DNA of 64,000 nucleotides from a bacterium (GTDB lineage Bacteria > UBA8248 > JACPRG01 > G963555815): positions 1,792,001 through 1,856,000 of the forward strand of contig OZ244653.1 of the NCBI GenBank assembly GCA_965218795.1, in the 5' to 3' direction. The stretch's first letter is position 1. Every line of letters starts with the position of its first letter. Below, piece by piece: positions 59,115 through 64,000 of this stretch. The notes beneath the pieces are model-generated. The model was not told the DNA's origin and did no database searches. It worked only from the letters and a program-made list of their open reading frames with translations. A program made the translations under genes and the position numbers.

Positions 59115-59197
59115 AGGTTCCTCCTTGAAAAAGGGGTGATCAGGAAACCTATGCACAAACATGACTTTTGCCTACTTATTCTTGAGACGAAACACTA
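58027..59197 (-). mobile_element. IS630-family insertion sequence, apparently intact
   Basis: CTAGTGT at both ends in inverted orientation, TA duplication at 58027-28 and 59196-97. Confidence 0.88.
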
Positions 59198-61249
59198 GTC
59201 CATCAAGGCTTTAAAGACGCCATCGGGGCCATCCTTGTAGAATTCGATATTGATCTTGGTCCAAAGCTCGTCGGGCAGGTCATTCAACAGCCGGCGTGCC
59301 GAGACGGGCATCAAAAGCGTCTGTGCCTGTTTGTCTATCGCAAGCTCGGCAACGCGAACGGCGTTAGAAATCGTCTCGATCGATCCGCCAAGGTTCAGTG
59401 CGCCGGCGACAATCGTCCCGCCTCGCGTGTTCCGCCCGAGAAGCGATCCGCATAGAGCGACGATGACCGGCACCCCCAACCCTTCACCGGTCTTGTCGGC
59501 GTCCATGGGGCGCATCTGTATGGTGAATTCATCCTCACGAGGGTTGCGATCGCCGACCAGCTCCTTGGCGCGAGTATAGAGGTTCTGCTCTCCGACCCGT
59601 ACGCTTTCCCGGAACGGAGGTGGGGTTGGTTGATTCAGGATCGTCACACCGCTCCCAGGTCCGCACGTTACTTCGATCCGGTAGAGGCCGGGCCCGGTTT
59701 CCGCTGAGCCGAGACTCACGCCCCAGACTTGGCCGGGGGGTAGCGGGTCGCTGTCGATCGCCTCATCGCTGTGAAGCTCAGGCGTCGCCACAAATTGCTC
59801 GACGCCATCCGGCACGAGGGTGTAGCTGAAATTTGTGTTCCTGAATTCGCTTTTGAAGACGCGTCGCTGTTGCTCCTTGACGCGCCGGCGCGCTTCGAGA
59901 GCCAACCTTATGATCGATTCAAGATCTTCATCCGAGACTGCCATCTCTGGATCAGGGAACAACAGCTTGGTCATACCGCTGACGGTCTTGTTGACTGCTT
60001 CGATGTCGCGTCCATTAAGCGCGCCGCCCAAGTGAACCCGGTTTTGCATTACTGAGACCCGGTTTCCATTGCGTAGCCGGCTCCAGCATTCGCTCAGGAA
60101 ATCGCTCACCAGACCGAAGTGATCCGTTAGATGCTTCTCGGGATTGAGTTTCGGATAATCCCACCCTGGCGCATAAGCATGTAGACGGTCCATGAAGGCT
60201 GTGTCGTCACGCATCTCGGGCGGGAGCGGGCTCAGAAGATGACCTATCCGCTGTTGCTGTTCCACGTCGACATCGAGGTTGCCGACCATCACGAGGCCAC
60301 CCTCAGCACGGATGTTTTCTTTGCCGCGGCTGAATTGCCCGGAGGCCATGTAGCCTTTCATGATGTTCACGCCGTCCTTCTGATCGAAGGATATGCCGGA
60401 AACCTCGTCGAAACAGACGATGTCGTATTGGCATACCAAGCCTCGTTGTCCGTTGGCGTTGTTCACGAACATCTTGGCGACCGTCGCCTTGCCGCCGGAA
60501 ATCAGGTGAGCGTATGGGGAAATCTGCTGGAAGAGGTGGCTTTTTCCAGTGCCGCGAGGCCCGAGCTCAACCAGATTGTAGTTCCGCTCCACAAACGGGA
60601 TCATGCGGAGCAACACGACGCGCTTGGCGCGTTCATCAAAGGCTCCTGGCTCCAACCCGATCGAACGCAGCAGAAAATCGATCCATTCCTGTGTGGTGAA
60701 GGCGCTCCGCGCCTTGACGTAGATGTCAAGGACGTCGGATTTCGACATCTGGATCGGCCGCAAAGCATCGGCCTTGAAGGGGCGACCGCTCTTTTCCTGC
60801 GCAATGATGCCATCGTAGCTCAGGGTCACCTCGGCGTAGAACCCATCGGTGAGCATGCGCTCGTTTTCGCGCACCAGATCGTCGTCTATGCGGACATCGC
60901 GAAGGTTTACGCTTGGTAATTCGGCGATGTAGCAGTCGTTCTTTGCGTCAAGCCGCGCCTTTACGATGTCGATGATCCGGACAGATCCAACTTCTCTTGC
61001 CCGGGCTTTGAAGAGCTCTTCTTCGCCGGTTCGAACCGTCCGGTCCTTCAGCTGTTGCTCGACAATCTTGAGACCTTCGGCGATCTCATCCTCGTCAACG
61101 CTTGCGCAGTAGCGTCCCAGCAAGAACTCGACCACATAGGTAGGAACCGGGTATTGGCGCGCATACCTCCTAACGAGATCCTTTCTCACCAGATACCCGT
61201 CCAAAGCGGATGCGGCGAGCTTGTCCAGATGATCGATTGCCATTGTCAT
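59195..61249 (-). CDS. brxL: BREX system Lon protease-like protein BrxL
   Basis: VPTYVVEFLLGRYC, Walker A GPRGTGKS, CFDEV, AFMDRLH, C-terminal Lon-like fold. Confidence 0.93.
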   Translation of the reverse strand: MTMAIDHLDKLAASALDGYLVRKDLVRRYARQYPVPTYVVEFLLGRYCASVDEDEIAEGLKIVEQQLKDRTVRTGEEELFKARAREVGSVRIIDIVKARLDAKNDCYIAELPSVNLRDVRIDDDLVRENERMLTDGFYAEVTLSYDGIIAQEKSGRPFKADALRPIQMSKSDVLDIYVKARSAFTTQEWIDFLLRSIGLEPGAFDERAKRVVLLRMIPFVERNYNLVELGPRGTGKSHLFQQISPYAHLISGGKATVAKMFVNNANGQRGLVCQYDIVCFDEVSGISFDQKDGVNIMKGYMASGQFSRGKENIRAEGGLVMVGNLDVDVEQQQRIGHLLSPLPPEMRDDTAFMDRLHAYAPGWDYPKLNPEKHLTDHFGLVSDFLSECWSRLRNGNRVSVMQNRVHLGGALNGRDIEAVNKTVSGMTKLLFPDPEMAVSDEDLESIIRLALEARRRVKEQQRRVFKSEFRNTNFSYTLVPDGVEQFVATPELHSDEAIDSDPLPPGQVWGVSLGSAETGPGLYRIEVTCGPGSGVTILNQPTPPPFRESVRVGEQNLYTRAKELVGDRNPREDEFTIQMRPMDADKTGEGLGVPVIVALCGSLLGRNTRGGTIVAGALNLGGSIETISNAVRVAELAIDKQAQTLLMPVSARRLLNDLPDELWTKINIEFYKDGPDGVFKALMD

Positions 61250-63579
61250 GATTCTTCTCCGACAGTCGTCGGCCTGTAGTCGAGCACCTGTCCTGATTGA
61301 TCGATGAGGACGACCGATGCCGCTGCTCCTTCATGGATGTCGTCGGACACGGCAAGGTTCGCTTTGCCAGCTTCAGTCAGTTCCTTGGAAGTCGCAGCAA
61401 TACTGGATCCGGCCTGTTTCCAATTGAGCCTCAGGTCGACAAAGATGCCCGAGGCATTGGTGTCGACATCGACCCGGCAGCGCATGCCGCGCCAGGAGAT
61501 CGTCGTTATGGTGGCAGAGGCAGCTACCTCGCCACGCTCAACGGTCAAATCGGGGACGACGCATTCCTGTAGGCTTACACCGCCATGGGCGTATTCTGTG
61601 TTGACCCGGAAGGCGCCGATGCCAGGTGGCGAGGCAATGCGGAGCACCGGGTTCCAGTACCAGGGATAGGTCGGCACGGAGGGTGTCGACTCACCTTTGA
61701 CGGCAGCACAGCGTGCCCACTTGGTTTCCACCAGATACGGCGGCAGCTCTATTTTTGGCAGTCCGCCGGGAAGCAACAGCCAGCCGTGGTCTGTGACGAT
61801 CCGGACCTTGCTCCATCCTGCGCTGAGAAGCGCAACAATGCGATCTACGATGGATTCGATCTCGGGTTCGATCTGTTGGACCAGTGCCGCATCGAGCGAA
61901 TGGCCAAGTGAGTCGATCTTGCCTATCTCTGTCCAGGCACCCGCCTCGGAGCCCACGGCCATGAAGGTTTCGCCGTTCTCCAGAACCTCCACGCCCTGGC
62001 GGGCCATAGCCTCGCGAAGGCGGAGGGCATTGGCCGGCTTACCGCTATCGGAAACAAGCGGATAGAAATCCTCGGCGTCCGAGCCGCCAGCACAGGTAGA
62101 ATGGGCTGGTGAAGCCAGCGGCTTCGCCGTTGTGGTAACGGTGGGTATTGGAGCCACACGATGGGAAAGTTGCGTCTTGATGCCACGCGACTCAAGCCTC
62201 TCCTGCAGCGTCATGCCGAGATCGAAGCGCAGGCCGTCCGCGAAAAGGATGCAGGTATCTGCGTCGGATTCTATACCGGTCGCCAGTTTTCCCGGATCAA
62301 CGTCATCCGCTGAGAGGAGCTCCTGAAAACGCCGCGCTGTGTGGTCCAGCCAAGGTTCATAAATCGCGCGCACGACTCTGGTTACGAGATCTTGGTCGGT
62401 CCCGTGTGTAAAGGGCTTCAGGGCTTCGATGGCTGCAAGGTCGCAACGCCAACCTTCGGCGACATAGTGCGAGATCAAGTCTTCGGCGGTAGCGCCCCCA
62501 GGAGGGGTGTACTGTACCCCACGGGCGAGACGGCCTAGAGGGTCTAGGGAAAACGCAAACGGGCTTTTGCCAAGCTGTGCCCAAACCCACCCGCGACGCT
62601 CCTTATGCTCTTCGTCGAGTGCCGTAATCCTTTTACATGCGTCGTTGTGGGCAAGCTGTGCCGCTACTTCGAGTTCCCTCCGGAGATTGTTCTCTTGGTC
62701 TTCGTTGTAACTTGGCTGTCTCGCGAGGTCGCTGAACAGGTCCTTCGGACTGGCGGCCCATAATGCACCGAAGACACCTGGATAGAGTTTCGGTGCGTCG
62801 CAGAACCGTTGCCAAACCTCTTCCCATCTGTCTCCACCCTCTGTGAGCGAGTCAGCAGCCGCGCGGATGCCGTCCGTGTCCGGATCGAAACCAAATTCGC
62901 GGGTGCAGACGTCACGAAAAGTGTCCCAGCGGTCTATGTCCGAGCGTTTCTCGAAAGCTTCCGTGCCACTCATCCATACCAGCAGGTCGCGTACCGGATC
63001 GCCGATAGCCAGGCGATCGAAATCGTCAGCGTCGAGCCGTCGCCCGCGGAGGCCCGCGATCGGTTCCTGTGCCAATAGGGGCAGGGCGCGCAGCATCGAG
63101 TCGCGGGTATGGCTGTCCCGCGCAATATCGAGAGCAAGCGCATCGCCTGAGGTAAGGAACGCCTCGACCGTCCAATCGCGGCCGTTGCGCTGGTGCCAGA
63201 CCCCGCCACGGTACTGCAGCTCGATCAGCGGCTGAAGCATTGGGTCGCAGTCGCCGGCGGCGCGCAGATCCTGGCGTCCAACGTTCGGCAGGTAGAGGAT
63301 CGGAGCCACCCCCTCCTCCGGTGCGACATCGGGCAGGGTCCGGTCAACGATGCACTTGAGCCAGATGACCGGACCCTGTCGTTCATGTGGCGCGTAGGGA
63401 CCAAACAGATATAGTTGAGGCAACGTTTTTTGGAGCGCGGGTAGCAAAGGCTTCCATTGCCCGTCGGCATCGGTCCATAGCAGCGCTATCGGCGCACCCA
63501 CGCCATCTGGCGTTCGCAGGGCTGCGGCGAACGACGCCTTCATGGCGTCGATGAAGGTCTCTGCCTGGGCGGCGTTCAC
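61246..63579 (-). CDS. pglZ: BREX phosphatase PglZ (type B)
   Basis: LLWTD...QW, GP.IWLKC, DWTV.AFL, DGLRFDL, TDHGWLL, HGGVSLQE. Confidence 0.9.
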   Translation of the reverse strand: MNAAQAETFIDAMKASFAAALRTPDGVGAPIALLWTDADGQWKPLLPALQKTLPQLYLFGPYAPHERQGPVIWLKCIVDRTLPDVAPEEGVAPILYLPNVGRQDLRAAGDCDPMLQPLIELQYRGGVWHQRNGRDWTVEAFLTSGDALALDIARDSHTRDSMLRALPLLAQEPIAGLRGRRLDADDFDRLAIGDPVRDLLVWMSGTEAFEKRSDIDRWDTFRDVCTREFGFDPDTDGIRAAADSLTEGGDRWEEVWQRFCDAPKLYPGVFGALWAASPKDLFSDLARQPSYNEDQENNLRRELEVAAQLAHNDACKRITALDEEHKERRGWVWAQLGKSPFAFSLDPLGRLARGVQYTPPGGATAEDLISHYVAEGWRCDLAAIEALKPFTHGTDQDLVTRVVRAIYEPWLDHTARRFQELLSADDVDPGKLATGIESDADTCILFADGLRFDLGMTLQERLESRGIKTQLSHRVAPIPTVTTTAKPLASPAHSTCAGGSDAEDFYPLVSDSGKPANALRLREAMARQGVEVLENGETFMAVGSEAGAWTEIGKIDSLGHSLDAALVQQIEPEIESIVDRIVALLSAGWSKVRIVTDHGWLLLPGGLPKIELPPYLVETKWARCAAVKGESTPSVPTYPWYWNPVLRIASPPGIGAFRVNTEYAHGGVSLQECVVPDLTVERGEVAASATITTISWRGMRCRVDVDTNASGIFVDLRLNWKQAGSSIAATSKELTEAGKANLAVSDDIHEGAAASVVLIDQSGQVLDYRPTTVGEES

Positions 63580-64000
63580 GTGTTGCCCTCCACTTCAGTC
63601 GCCCGACGCGCGCGTGCAGCCTGCTTGAAAGAATTTGAATAGTGCAGGTCATTCCAGCGATTGCCGTCGAACTTCTCTCCGCCGGCAAAATCAGACGCCG
63701 CCTCGTCCCAGCCCCAGAACCAGGGATAGTCTTCTTTGTCCCGCATGGGCTCCTTGCCCCGGTCCTTCGTCCATTTGATCTTCGGCGTAGAACGGAGAAT
63801 GCAGGCGCTCTTCGCTCGGGCGCCGAGAGGACGGGAAGTCATGAACGGGCGGATGTTCATTCGGACGCCGTTGTTTATATCGGGGTCCCAGCCGATCGGT
63901 TGGAGATGCAGCGGTTTCCAGCGCACGAAAATGTCGTACGGCGGCTCGCCCTTGAGGATATTTCTCAGTTCTGCCCGCAAATGTTCGGCATGGGCGAGGC
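63576..64000 (-). CDS. pglX: C-terminal end of the BREX methyltransferase PglX-like gene (runs off the window)
   Basis: GEPPYDIFVRWKPL..QPIGWDPDINNGVRMNIRPF...RWNDLH; immediately upstream of pglZ. Confidence 0.75.
   Translation of the reverse strand, partial: LAHAEHLRAELRNILKGEPPYDIFVRWKPLHLQPIGWDPDINNGVRMNIRPFMTSRPLGARAKSACILRSTPKIKWTKDRGKEPMRDKEDYPWFWGWDEAASDFAGGEKFDGNRWNDLHYSNSFKQAARARRATEVEGNT

Overview
GC-rich bacterial chromosomal window in two parts. About 1-43.5 kb is mostly core and metabolic genes: apgM, ligA, galU, a CNNM/CorC pair, a PfkB kinase, a cupredoxin, an SDR, two LLM oxidoreductases, an NitT/TauT-type permease with an unusual N-terminal extension, a UbiD decarboxylase plus CoxM/CoxS-like subunits with no large Mo subunit, a class II cAMP phosphodiesterase, a lipoate-ligase-like protein, ferredoxins, sugar epimerase/GT4, an aldolase-SDR fusion, amidohydrolases, nagA, a D-aminoacylase, a TPR protein, a cytochrome c'-like protein and SOD. 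It is interspersed with deletion scars, pseudogenes and REP-like palindromes. About 43.7-64 kb is a mosaic accessory island. It holds two tandem Arm-domain tyrosine integrases, HU, IS3 and type ISP R-M fragments, an SGNH autotransporter esterase, a lipoprotein/beta-barrel-like domain fused in frame to about 15 ankyrin repeats, a decayed IS481, a leading-region-like block (four-zinc-ribbon Arg-rich protein, truncated ssb), a third integrase, an intact IS630 at the brxL stop codon, and the 3' part of a BREX system (pglX end, pglZ type B, brxL). No rRNA, tRNA or CRISPR array was seen. The ankyrin cargo and the gene decay suggest a host-associated lifestyle, which is inference only. All product calls come from motif recognition by eye; no database searches were run.
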